DNA from: Octopus vulgaris
Taxonomy: Eukaryota
Reading direction: 5' to 3'
NCBI GenBank assembly: GCA_951406725.2
Contig: OX597815.1
Location: forward strand, 50,902,001-50,966,000
Length of the DNA: 64,000 bases
The notes under the pieces were generated by a model. That model was not told where the DNA came from, made no database searches, and worked only from the letters and a program-made list of their open reading frames with translations. Shown here one piece after another: positions 1 through 13,633 of this stretch. Every line of letters begins with the position of its first letter. The first letter of the stretch is position 1. The translations under genes and the position numbers were made by a program.

Positions 1-1324
1 ATATGTTGTCATTCAGCATTCTTAGGTTTAAATCACTGAATGTGAAAATGTTTATATTTTTGACATAGTCCTAAAATTAAAACTTGTTTGTTCAGGATGC
101 CATTAAATATCAACTATCAAATATTTTGGGTGTTAATTGCATTTGTTGAGGGCTTTAAACTCTCATTAATAACTTTAGCTATAATCTTTCTTTGGTGAAG
201 TGTCAAAATATGAATTAGTTTAAAATGATATAATTTTATTCTTTTGTTAGTTGAGTATGTGCATTCTTTCTGAAAAGCTAAAGCTGGTATATGTGGCCTT
301 TATTATTTGCATAGAGTGTTGAAGTATCTGAATAACAGTAACCAAACTTCTTAGAAGAGCAATGTTCAAATAGGTTACACCTGTAAAAGTAGTTAAATAT
401 CACAAAGAACTAACAAAAATGGCTACTATACATTTAAGATATTACTGTATATGAGAAGGAAGCTTTGTGGTACATTTTTATTTTTGTTATTTCTTCTGTT
501 TTCTTACTTTTTTATCAGTTGTAATACATCATTGAAATTTTTATTTTTGAATAATTCAGCAAAATTGTAACAATATATTTTGGTCTATCATCTACATGTT
601 GTAGATTATAGAAAAAAAGAGTCCAATAATTTTTTGGTTGTAGGTGTCTAAAAACATTTGTCTGTGAAACTGATTATGTTATAAAGGAAAAAGTAAATTG
701 CCAAGTCAAACAAAACAGAATGGTTTAATTATATCTTGCTATTTGTGTCTTACTATCAGGATTTACGTATGCTTACATATGTCTGCTTTCTCCCTAATAA
801 CTGAAGAGAAATCTAAGCGCAGTAATTTGTAACAGATTGAGTAATTGTTTTCCAGTAAACTTTTTTTTTTTTATCAACATTAATCAATTTCTATCTACCT
901 TCAGTAAAGTGTTAGCTAACAATTTGACCAGCTGAAACATGCTCTTCATCTTTTAACTCAAATACATGATTTTTTATTACCTTACTTGAGTAACAAAGAT
1001 CCAATGGTATTGTTATTTTTCAAAATTTAGTTTAATGTAAACAGAATAGTTTGCCATATATCACATATTAAATTTTTTGTTTATATTTCTCTGAGCCTTA
1101 AAATTTCTTCTAACTTATCTTTTATGGAATTAATGTCAGTTACACAAGAGAAAATTAATTAACTAGCGCTAATGATTGTTTTAATAACTACTGATCACAC
1201 TTGATAATATCAGCTATGAATTTTAGTTGTGTCTGAATAAACAACTTTGTGACTCCAAATGTCTTGTTTCCATATTACATCAAAGAAACTATCTGGTGAC
1301 ATTTGTATTATTAATAGTTAGGTC

Positions 1325-1527
1325 GGTGGATTGACTTGTGAAAAAATACCTTGTAGAATTTCTTCTAAGTCTTTAGGTTCTGAGTTCAGATCACACAAAA
1401 GTCAGCCTTGCCTTTTATCCTGCCAGTGTTGATAAAATAGAACACCTGTCAAATACTGGAGTAAATGTTAATTACCATCCCTTACCCTCAAAAATTGTTG
1501 GTTCTGTGCCTAAGTTAGAAACAATTA
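1325..1527 (+). mobile_element. Degenerate SINE, family A (Deu/Nin-like core GCCTTTCATCCTTT..GTCGATAAAATAAGTAC)
   Basis: ttctgagttcagatc...gccttgccttttatcctgcc...gataaaatag...gtgcctaagttagaaacaatta; similar to the other family A copies. Confidence 0.7.
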
Positions 1528-1657
1528 CTAATTATTGATGCAATTGTGACCTCTCGTCAAAATCTGTAGTTCAATGGAAGTATTGAAAATGCAGATATAA
1601 ATATATGAGCAATTCTTCTTTCCTAAACGAAGCTGTAATTGTAAGGTTTTTGTAAAT

Positions 1658-1701
<44 letters not shown>

Positions 1702-4700
1702 CTGTTGTAGATTATTGTATTTTCTTTTAACTCATTTCACACATATATATATACACACATACTCACACACACACATATATATATATATCTGCACACATAC
1801 ACATGCATATATATATATATCCTTTTTTATTTTTATATATCTATCTCGTGTGGATAGATTTAATTATAGTAAAAGGAAGAAAAAATATTAAATGATAGAT
1901 GCTCTAAAAACAGGAATTACTGGATATTTGTTATGTGTAGAATTTAAAATTTGATACTACTTGATATTGGAACAGTTAGTTTGGCACCAAAACTAATGAA
2001 ATATACTAATATACAAAACAAATGAAATGTGCCTTTCAGTTATAAATGTGATAGGAATGTATCTCTACAGTTAGTAACTTGTGTATGTGGTTGTGTATAT
2101 AGAAAACAAAGAAAAAAATCATATTTCAACTGAAATTATAAACTCACACTTTTAAATTCAAGATTTCAAGAATAATCCAAATTAATATGATGCATTTATC
2201 AATATATTTTTATTGTCATCAAGTATTTGTATTTGTATCTTAGAAATGGCATCTACCAAATCTGAACATTCATTTAGGTAACTGTAGTATAATATTTCTA
2301 CACTGCTCCTAACACGTTTTTTTTTCTTGATTTGTTTTTTCTTGTTTTTTTTTGTGTTTTTTTTAACCTATATTGGTTAATAAAAGGTTATTGGTCTTGA
2401 CTGTTCTCTTCTTAACTGCATCATTTTTCATCTTTTTCCTCATGGAAATTATTCCTGTTCTATTGTGTTACCTGTTTCCAATTTTATTTCTTACAATCTT
2501 TGCTTTGTTGATATATGAAGATTGATGTGTATATAAAATAAGAAAAAATGGTGTGGGAAGAGAATTATATACATGTATGTTTGTTCACCAGCTATCAACT
2601 AGGTGGTTCAAATTTTAAGATAGTTGAATCCTATTACATATTTTATTTCAGCTATATTTTTTAAAGCATTTTTTTCTTTAATGTCAAATCATATGAAAAT
2701 ACAAATATCAACAAAAAGATCCACACTTTTTTAGCTGTAAGCTTAAACTAAAACATTGTAATTTAAACTCCTTTCTTATTCCTTCTCAGCCTCTCTCCTC
2801 CTTCTCAGAAGCCTTACGTCTTCTGTATTTCATTCAAATACACATATATAAACCTAACAATAAATGTTTCCCTGGGTAATTTTATCAGCATCTAAACTAG
2901 ATTTAGCAAACTTGAAACCACATCTCTATTACATAAAAATCCTAATGGCACTTTGTTAAATAATAGCTAGAATTGTCAGCTACTGGTATCATTCAATTTT
3001 TGTTATTTACTTAAAATGATACTTTTACCTTTTGGCAACAAGCACTTATTTGAATTTATTGATAACAAGCTTGCATCAGTATTATGTTCCTACATTCTAA
3101 ACTAGTACTCCAGCAGCTTAAAAGTAAACTGATCTATCTAAAACTTATTTCCCTCAGAAAAGAGAGAATAGAAACTAAAAGAATAAATTAAGTTAATAAG
3201 AGATGAGTTGTTTTTTCCTCTCATATTCCAACATCACTTTAGAACATTAAAAGAACATTCATTTAAGATTTTAACATAGACATTTATTGTATTAAATCTA
3301 TTAAATTCTTATTGCATATAAATTATCGCAAAACAAATGTTTAATGTCTAAAAGCAACATCGAATTTTTTTTTTCCATTTTCCTTTCTTTCCACCTTTTT
3401 AGATTTGGATTCAAATCACTATTGAACAAGGAAATGTTCATCCATATCTCAATTTTATTAATATTTAAGACAAATCTAAATATTTCTTCTCTATTTTATG
3501 CTATCTGTATACTCACAATGTGAGACAATTCATTTTACATACGTTTCACAGTCTTTTCATATAGATGTAGGTATTATGTCTGTTATTATGGAATACTGAC
3601 ATAATATTTCATGGTAGGTGTTTTCATTAATTAAGTGGATGATGTCTTACTAAGTAAAATTATAAATTATATATGTACAACAATTCCTTAGTTTTGCACA
3701 TATTTATTCATTTGATCACACTGCTTAGTGTTTCATTAGGGCTAAGTGCCATTAATCATTAGCTTTCACAATATATTACTACAGAAGTTAGGCCCAGACT
3801 GTAAGGTTTTTTATGAATCACCAAATTCCAAGGTTCAGATTTTTACTAACCAATATAAGACATCACTTTATTTTGGCAATTTTTTTTAATGCCTCAAGTA
3901 TCATCTTATATGTTGACTTGTATAGTATTTATTTATTTCTGTCAAATGTTTGTATATTTATGAGGTTTTCTTTACAAATTTCCATTTGTCTATCTAGTCA
4001 TTTGTTTTGTTTTTTTTTTCATTCTTCCTCAATGTTTAATTTTCAGTAGTTAAAGAATAGGCAACTACATGATTTGTAAATCGCTTTTCATCCACCTTTA
4101 TTATATTTCTATTGTCTAGTTACAAACATCTTTTTGTTTGTCTTACCTGTCTATTGTAATTCTACAATAATAAAAAACCAGCAGTAAAGGAAATAACATG
4201 CTATTATTAATTATTAATTGTAGAATGTGTTCCTAGCCCATAATTCAAACAACTGATGATTATCTGATTATACATTTTTATTGACTAAATTAAAAACAAT
4301 AGTCTTCACAACATCACTGAATACAATCATATCTATTTCAGCCAAGTTTATTTGCCTACTTTGCTTCTTGCCATTTATCTTTCTTCCTTTTCCATAGTTC
4401 CGATTTAATTTACAAAGTTAAAACAAAAACTTCTTCTGTAATGTCAAATTGACTTTATGGAATATATTTTCATCTGATATTCCTTGTTCATTAGCTACTT
4501 GCATTGCTTCAGCCTCTCTCTTAACTATGACTAATAAAAATTACAAGAAAGGCCACTGAGATTCAGATAAATACCTGCTGATCAATCAAACCCCATTGAA
4601 TTTTCTTTCATCATTTTCGTATACATATCTGTTGTAGATTATTGTATATTTTTTTTAAAACTCAGTTCATTTACTCTCATAACTTCCATGTATTTAAAAA

Positions 4701-7410
4701 TGTTGTAGTTATTCTCTCTGCAGTTCATGTTTTTTTGAAGAGTCATATTATTGATTTTAATCTCTTATTGATTTCAAATATCATTTTAATCTGATAACAA
4801 TGGTTAAGTCTTAAAGATACCATATTACAGCAACTATTGAAACTATATTGCCTTCAAGATGTTCTTCTCAAAGAGTAGAACAACAGGTGTAAATTATTTG
4901 ATTCAGTAGTCAAGATTTGCAGCCTTGCTAGTAGTAGTAGCAAATTTATAAGCTATTTACATGTCTTTCAGTTGATGCATCCAATAAAAAATAATTAAAA
5001 AAACACCAACATAACATACATACATTAAATGCAAACAAAAGAGTAACCAGATAATAAAGTTTGTGTTTCATAATACCATTTAAAGTACAGTTTTATTAAA
5101 TACTGAATACAACCAAAAGAGAAACTATGTGTATTCATGTTTGAAAACATGGTCAAATTAATTTGCATTACTATTTTCTTAACAAAATAATATCAGTGAA
5201 TCTTTCAGTTTACTTAATTAAAATGTCATTTCATACATCACCAAAATATATTGTTACCATGAATAGAATTTTTAAACAAACTTATATTTGAGAGACAATT
5301 ACTACATAACAATGGTAGTCTCTGTTATGTTTATGATATTTGTCACTATTGTGTTATGTAGTAGATAGATGTAGTCAGGAATAGTTATTTCATTTGATTG
5401 TTCATTCTGTGAAGTCTTTATTATTAATTTTAACATTCTTTTGATCAATTTTGTGTATTGAAATCACTTAGCAAATACCTCCACACTGTTAAAACTGACT
5501 TAAATTCTGAAATATATTATGTGGCACAAACCTGTTATGGTTTAAAGGATTAAACTTGAACGACAATATAAAAGTATGTTGAGGTTTCTATTCTTTATTT
5601 TCTTTGCCCACTGAAGTATTATTTTGCTTATTGAATGATCAAAAAATCCATTATCACAAGTAAAAGTTGATAGCATCAGTTTTGATACTTTACAATATCC
5701 TGTTTTGCCATTTCTAGTTCAAATCTTACTCAGGCCAAGTTAGCTTCTTCACTTTTTCATAGTTAGTAAATTCATAAACAATTTGTGTAGCACTTCCTGT
5801 TATCTTTGTAGTTTAGCAGAAAAGTCTTCAGCTGGTAATTTACCTACTTCAATAAAGATAATTTATTCTCACACTTTCATTTATATCTAAAACTTTTTAC
5901 ATAAAGAAATGTTTTATCAAAATAATCTAATGCTTGTTCATATTTAAATATTTTTGTCTGATTTATAAGTTTTACCTCAGATTTAATCAATTTAATCAGC
6001 TATATTTTAAGTCACTAATAAACCAATCCTTTTTTTTTTTCAAATTTACAGAGTCTATAACTTTGAGAATAATTTTACAAGTCCTTATGTTCCCACTCAG
6101 TAAATTTTCTATCTACAAACATCCTGTCTAGCAGATATTGAATATCATCTTCATTATATTTTAACATCTGTCTTTTCCTTCTGTTGCCTTAATTGAAGCA
6201 GTAGTTTAAAAGTGATTGTAATTCCTTATTAGTTACATTTTATTCAACCCTTTTCCTACCCAAAAGCATTTTCATGTTTGTCCTAAACATCCATGCTTGT
6301 TTTCAGCCTTTAGTCAGTCTTTCTTTCATACATTCTGACTAATATAAAGCATTCCTTTCATGAGTTCAAAGTTACTCCTGTGGTCTAGAAAAAATTTGGA
6401 AGATGTTTCATATATGATGTATATGTCCTGTATATCACATGTAATACACAGGACATTTAGGACATGGCATGACCTGAAATTTAATTAAAAAATTAATCAT
6501 GTTGTAAATATTATTTAAATATAATCCAAACAAAGTTGGCAAGATGTTTTTTAAAGATTCTGAACCGCTTAATTTTTAAATATTGTAAAACTTTCTTTAT
6601 ATGTTGGTAGTTTTTTAAAAAAATCATTTATAATGTAATTAATTATGTTACATATTCCCTACTGATATATATTGAAATTGAGGTGACAAATATATATTTT
6701 CAGCTCAGTCCCACTTTAATATAAGGGAAGCTTATACACTGTGACCACTCCATACATACTCACACTCACATACTCCATGTCACTGTGAAAGCTGTTGCAT
6801 CAAGCATATCTTCAGAATAAAGTCCAGCATGTTCCATTCGATACCAATATTCTCATTAAAATATGTTTATCTTTTAGAATTTGTTGCTGATATTAAGCTT
6901 CCAAGACTATTTTATAATGGTACAGTTTTTCAAATGTTACATCCTAATCACCTAAATTAATTACATGTGTCATATTATTCTTTAATTCATCCACAATAAA
7001 CCCACTCCATTCCTTGAGCTGTGAGATTTTTTTAAAATTATTTCAACTTCTATTTTTTAAAATCTTTTTCCTCCCTCTCTCACCCCCACCCACACACACA
7101 CTTCTTTCATTCGAGTCATTTCTAAGATGTTTGCCTCACAGTGGATAACATTACTCTTATTGCCATTCCCATTCACAAGAGCCCTGAAAATATTCTGTTA
7201 ACTGTTTAGCACATCTCCTTCAACTAAATACAGAACTACAATTTCAATTATGAATGATTTCACCACTTATCCACTTATTTGAAGTAAAATTATTCCAAAC
7301 TACATCTCAAGCCCTAATAACATCAGGCATTCGTCTGACACAAAAGTCTTGAAACAGAAATTAGAAAAAAAAATAAAATAAAGATGGTACTAGTAATTAA
7401 TAAGTGTACA

Positions 7411-7495
7411 TTTATTTATTTACTTATTTATTTATTATTATTATTATTATCATTATTATTATTATTATCATTATTATTATTATTATTATTATTAA
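7411..7495. repeat. (TTTA)n/(TTA)n microsatellite
   Basis: Directly visible. Similar (TTA)n tracts at 31677-31725 and 43672-43740. Confidence 0.95.
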
Positions 7496-8884
7496 TTCAA
7501 ATTTTACTTTTCTGAGACCTATTAATAAATTTGTCATAATTTGAACTTATTTTTATCGTTTTCACATATTCCTTACAATAATTGATATTTCCACATATTT
7601 TTCTCTGTTCTACTTCTTATATTTACCATATAAAGAAATGTAGTAAATCCAGGCAAAAATCTGTTAATTACATTTAATTCTTATTGCTTATTATTCAATT
7701 AAATTATATCTCAGGATTATCACTGGAATTGGCAGAACAGATTTCTGTGGATAATGACTCAATATGCAATCCAGATTTTAAAATGTTTTTCTAGGTGATA
7801 CTTAAGAATGTTAATGAGTATTGATGTCATTTTCTATGGCAGTATTCATCTTCAATTAATTCTAACTTCAATACTATTAAACTATGTCAATGTGCAAATT
7901 TCTCATAAGGTTTCAGATAAAAACACAAATTGTACTCAGCATTATTGTCCCTATACAACATTCCAGTTTTCCTTGATTGATTGTGTTCAGTCATGTTGGC
8001 TGGAAGAAATCACATCAATACTAATTTCTGTTTAATGCTATAATGTTCTGGCAATGGGAAGCTTTTATTAACACACTTAACAGTTATTCTAATCCTAAAT
8101 ATTCTTTGATCTATTCTTTAATTCACTCTTCCACTGTCCTCTACACCGTCAAGTCTAAACGAGTCCTTTAACAAATTATCCATATTTTCTTTTGTCATCA
8201 TTTGTTGGTTATACACTTGCTCTTTGAGAAAATATTTCTGCACATACATTGACTTGTGCATTGAAAGGTTTCCTATGATAAACATTTCTGTTACTTTTGT
8301 TTGGCTTCCATAATAACATTCTTACTTTGGAGAAGGCCTACTCAGCTTGCTATGCTTTCTTCCTTTGTGCTAAAAGGCCTCAATCAAAGTATCACACATT
8401 ATGCACTCCAAACAGCTTTCAATTGTCACTTTAGAAAAGCTTATATTTTTCCCAATAACCAACTTCATAGCGATTACAATATGCAAGATGCCATATTGAC
8501 ATACTGGTGTGTTGATTCTACAGAGGGGCTACTGCAGACATTTCTTATGATATAATGAGAATAAGATAAGAGAAATAGTATAAAGCATTAAAAAAAAATG
8601 TCTGTGATGTCAAAGCAAATATCTATTATAGATAGCTAAATACAAAGAGGAAGTTGTTAACTATACAGATATAAATCTTTGTCATCCCTTTCTCTCAATG
8701 TATTATATAACAGAAGTATTATATAAATGAATAACTATATATTTAAAATTATAAGTATTTCTGTTAGTGTTTTATATTTGTGTGTGTGTGTGTCTGTCTA
8801 TCTGTCTGACTGCCTGTCTGTCTGTGTGTACATGCAGTCTGTTAAGTAGCTTCTTCTACACAAAGTTAAGAGAACTAGTATTGA

Positions 8885-9190
8885 GTCATCATCACCATCA
8901 TCAATTAATGTCCGTTTTTTCATGCTGGCATGGGTTGGACGGTTTCTAAAACCAGCTGGTTTGTGAATCTGCCTCCATCTGGCAAGCCAGAGAATTGCAC
9001 CAAGCTCCATTGTCTGCTTTGTTATTGTTTCTATGATTGGATGCCCTTCTTAATGTCAAATGCTTTACCGAATGTACTGGATACTTTTTATGTGACACCA
9101 GCACTATTGGGTCACCAGGTAATTTGCAAGAGAAAGACCCCCCTCAGCTGGGAGAGGGAGCAATACTGAGGCAAGTGGCTTTGTGCCAGT
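8885..9190 (-). mobile_element. SINE family B (AGGAAGGGCATCC Meta-like domain, CATGCCAGCATG..(GAT)n tail)
   Basis: catcatcaccatcatc...catgctggcatgggttggacgg...ggatgcccttctaatgtc... Confidence 0.75.
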
Positions 9191-12100
9191 TGAGTGGTTA
9201 AAGTATAACAGAACGATAGAGATAAGTGTTTTACTATTGAGTGTGTTATATATTTTACAATGATTATTTATTCATTCATAATTGTATTTCATTACTTTTA
9301 AAAGTCTATATTTTTTTATTTTATCTAGTTTCAGCTCACAAGTTGTGGCCATGCTGGGGCACCGCCATTTATATTATTAAAATTATTTTTCAAAGTTCTC
9401 ATTTATTGTTTTTTGAATATTTTTGATCATCTGGCGACTGCTCATTGTGAAATTGAGAACATTGGCAAAATTGTTTAAATTATAAATTCCCAATAGATGA
9501 TACACCCTAATAACACTATGGGTTGTTTTAACATCCATTATCTCAAGTATGTTTGTGATGTGTATACATTTTTTCATATATGTTCATTGTATATCACTAT
9601 CTATAAGGCCCAGTATACCCATGCATTTCTTGAGTTTTTAATCCAGCATGTATCAGGCATATGTCCACATGGATGTAATATCTAGTTGGCAGAACCACAT
9701 GTGAGAGCTTGGACATTTATAGAAATCTAAGAAACTGTTATCCAGAGTATAGGCTGAGCAACTAATGTACCAGAAAATTTACATAACACTTCATGGGGCA
9801 TATAGATTAATCACAATTAATTCGTCAAGAATGTATTTCTAGCTTTACTCTAAATAATTTTGGGGTTATAACCCATGGAGAGAACATGCTGCTCTGACAA
9901 CTAAAGGATTGCAATTCTGACCTAACATCTGAAAACACTATAAGAAAGAGTAAATGTTTATTTTGATTCCAAAACATATGCTTTCTTCTTCATCATATCT
10001 GGCATCCAGAATGTTAGTGTGTAAAAAAAAATCTGCTTTGGGAATCTATTTCCCTTAAAACATTTTGCTTTGCTTCAGTTACACACCTGCCTAGTTCTTA
10101 CTTCTATTACCTTTTTAAAAGATCAGTAGAACAGAAATAATCAGAAACTTTTGTTGAGGATTGAGGATTGAAAGGAGCTTTCATCTAAGGGCCTCATGGT
10201 GTATGGGATTCTCTGTAGAAATTATGTTTTTGTTTATTTTTTCTCTACATGTTGCTCTTGTTATTAAAAACGAAAGTACTTCAGTGTTTTTTTTTTTTTT
10301 GTATAAGTCAGATTTTTTTTTTACTTACACTATCTTTCCTCTTCTCTTCTCAGATATTCTTTTTAAAAAATTTGTTACAGTCTGCATTGCAAAATTGTGA
10401 GATATTGTATGAAAAAATAACCTGAAGTGCATCATTATTGAAATTATTTTTGAATAAAGACTAAAGGCATAGGTTTAGTCCCTAATAAGTCAAACAAAAA
10501 GGCAAATGTCTTAAAGCCTTAAAATCGGATATTGCTAAACTTATCATAGGCAAAATAAATGATAAAAATGGAACACTTTCTGAGAGAGAACAAAACTCAC
10601 TGTCAGAAATGTCATTTGTTACAGCAATAATTCAAAGTTAGTTTCAAAGTACCTCAAAATACTTTGGCATTACCACCTCAGTATAAGTATTTTACACAAT
10701 CAATTAGGATTCCATTATTTATAAATTTTGAATCTGACTAATTACATTGATTTCTTGAGAAATTTCGAGTTGTGAAATGACCAGAGTAGCAGTCTTCTAT
10801 CAAATATTATTAATTGAGAAATATTTTTTTTTTTAATGTTTTAGAATGTTCTTCAAATATTATTTGAAGAAATTTGTAAAAGCTATTTAAATATTTGTTA
10901 TTGTTATTGCTGTTGCTGTAGTAGTAAGAAGGGAGAAATATTTAAGAAATACTTCTTGGTCTTTCCAAATAAAATCCCATATTTAGGAAAATATTTCAAA
11001 CAATATTAGAGAAAATTCTGCATTTGTTTCTTAGGAATATTTTAATACTTCTTGGCATATATGCTCAACTGGTTCTTTTGCACAATATATTTTTCAAAAT
11101 CTAAATCCTGAATAAATTCCTTATTCACATGTGTATGCAAGACACATATGAATCTAAATGCAAATATATTGTACAATATTTCCACAGCATATATTCTATA
11201 ACTTATAATCACGTATCATTTAAATTGTTTAAATATTTACTTCTTATTTTCTGTCCTCATGCAAAAACTACATAAGAAAATATAATTATTCAGGCATGTT
11301 AAATTCATTTTCAACTCCAAGAAATCAGAATTATTGGAATACTGATGTTGCCAATTCACTTTTATTTGTTCATTGTTTCTACAGCTGATCCATAAACTAT
11401 CCATTTTATTTTTTATTTTACAAACAATCATGTAGGATTTTTCAAAAGACCTTTCCATTTTTAAGATGATTTTCATCTCTGTTCTTTTTATGTATTTTTT
11501 CTCAGTTTCTGTTCTGAATCTGTTTACTTTCACATTATAGCTCCACATGAATAATTAAGGCATATATATGTATATGTATATTTGCTATAACTATTGTGAA
11601 AAGTAATTTACAGAATTTAAATATCTTAGAGGGAGACATTTATTGATTGCTGCTAAATTTACAAGTTATGCAATAGCATGATCTCTCGATTTCTGATAGC
11701 ATGATCACTCTACTTCTAATTAATTTAAAGTTTGAAATGAATTTGAAAATTTCTTGCAACAGCATGAAAAGGAATCGCATTAGTTAAGCAATGCAATTTT
11801 TTGTATTTGTTTGAAAATTCCTGCTGCCAGTTCATTTATTTCCTTCCACTACTTTCATGAGTGTGAGAGAAAGTAAAGTTATCATTTTTTATAACTTGGA
11901 CTGTTCCCTGAATTTCACTTATTTCTTAAAAACAATAGAATACTAATATTTAGGACAGGAGTTTATACGAATGGAACTGATTCAAGTATTCATCCACAGA
12001 ATCTACTAATTTACTATGATTTCATTTTGAATTTATTTTGCAAAATTATTATTTTACCTATATGGCTAGTTGAAATTTTGATAGCTGTTGATTCGTTACC

Positions 12101-13230
12101 CAAGGTTATTTAGGGTGTCTTGCAACACACTGATAACTCTCAAAGTATACTCCTACTTATATGCTACAGGCAGGAAGTATAGGTTTACAGCAACCAGAAT
12201 CTTCTAAACAGCTTCTATCTTTGCCTCACCCACTGTCTGCTGGAAATGTTTCCATGCCATCTTAGTAATATTCCTTGTTAACTTTGTCTTAAGAAAGAAC
12301 ATTGTTAGCATTTCCCTCTACCACAACATCACTATTACTGATTTCTTTCAAATATCTTGTCCCTAAACTAGAAAGTCACTTTCATCTCTCACTGTGAGAA
12401 CTTTCATTACCTCACGCATTAGCAGTTAAAAAAGAAACAACACTTCCACTATTTTCTCTAACCAAGATAACACATATAGATAGCAGCCATAATTCTACTG
12501 TATACAGTATTTTCACACAACTAACCTAATATAGTATCTAATTAACAGTTAGTTGTAGAATGGATATTTTTGTCTGACATTTACTTACAATACAAGACAT
12601 AAAAAAAAAAGACATAGTATGATGGAACTAGTATAAGTTTAATAAAATGTAAGTTAGTTCTCAAACGGTTTTCTTGATTTTTATCCATTCCAGCAGCTTC
12701 AGGTGGTGAAAGGGAGCTGGGTAACTAAATTATGTCAGGTGAGAAACGGATTTAAATGAATGAAACTTGCTTTGAAATTAACCTGTTGGGTCAACATGTT
12801 TTCAAAACAGAGTGTCGCTTCATGTCAACTAAATTTGTTCTCAGTATTTTTATTAAATAGTTAGGAGACCAATTTATTATATTATTATTTCATTAAGAGT
12901 GACAATAAATTTTCCTTATCTTTGGAAAAAAATAGTAGAGAAATTAACTGGACTATTTCGTTTCATATTTTCTCATTTAATTTATAGTGAAAGAATCCAA
13001 TTTGAGGAAAGTGAATTAGATCTGTATGTAATTTGCATAAGTTTAATTCATAAAAGCTGCATGTTTAATTTTAAATTTGATACGTTTTGTTTTGTGAAAA
13101 AAAAAATATACCTATGTAAATAACAAGGGAAATAATTTGTATGAGTTACTTCCCTTGGTCAATTTTTTTTAAAGCCTATTTTAAATAAAACTTAATGAAT
13201 ATATTGATTGGTATTGTTGGTTATGTTTAA

Positions 13231-13451
13231 CCCTTTTGTTCCCATATTTCTGTTGAGATACTCTGTTTCTTTCAATTAATTTTAAAATTTAAAAAAATAT
13301 ATAGTAAAATAACTTAGTTATCATTAAGCTAGTGTTAGGAACATAAATTGTTACTAAGGTTTGGTGGAAGATGTTAATTCACGACTTTTGAAAACAAGAC
13401 ATTTATACTACAGAGCCAGAGGTGGTTTCAGGCAGGCTGGTATCAAAAGGG
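13231..13451. mobile_element. MITE with TTAA target-site duplication (piggyBac-type non-autonomous DNA transposon)
   Basis: TTAA|CCCTTTTGTTCCCA ... TGGTATCAAAAGGG|TTAA: 14-bp TIR (12/14 match) with CCC termini, 221 bp, no ORF. Confidence 0.8.
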
Positions 13452-13598
13452 TTAATAAAATTATCGAAATTTTTTTTTAAATGTTCATATATTACACATA
13501 ATACTTTCCTCTCATCTCTCTCTCTCTCTGTATCTATCACTTTATCTCTGTGTGTGTGTGCGTGTGCGTATACATACAGTAATATATATATTACAGTA

Positions 13599-13633
<35 letters not shown>

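Noticed and set aside
10849-10871. 23-nt palindrome ttcttcaaatattatttgaagaa
   Set aside because: Short and AT-rich; plausible by chance or slippage in this composition.
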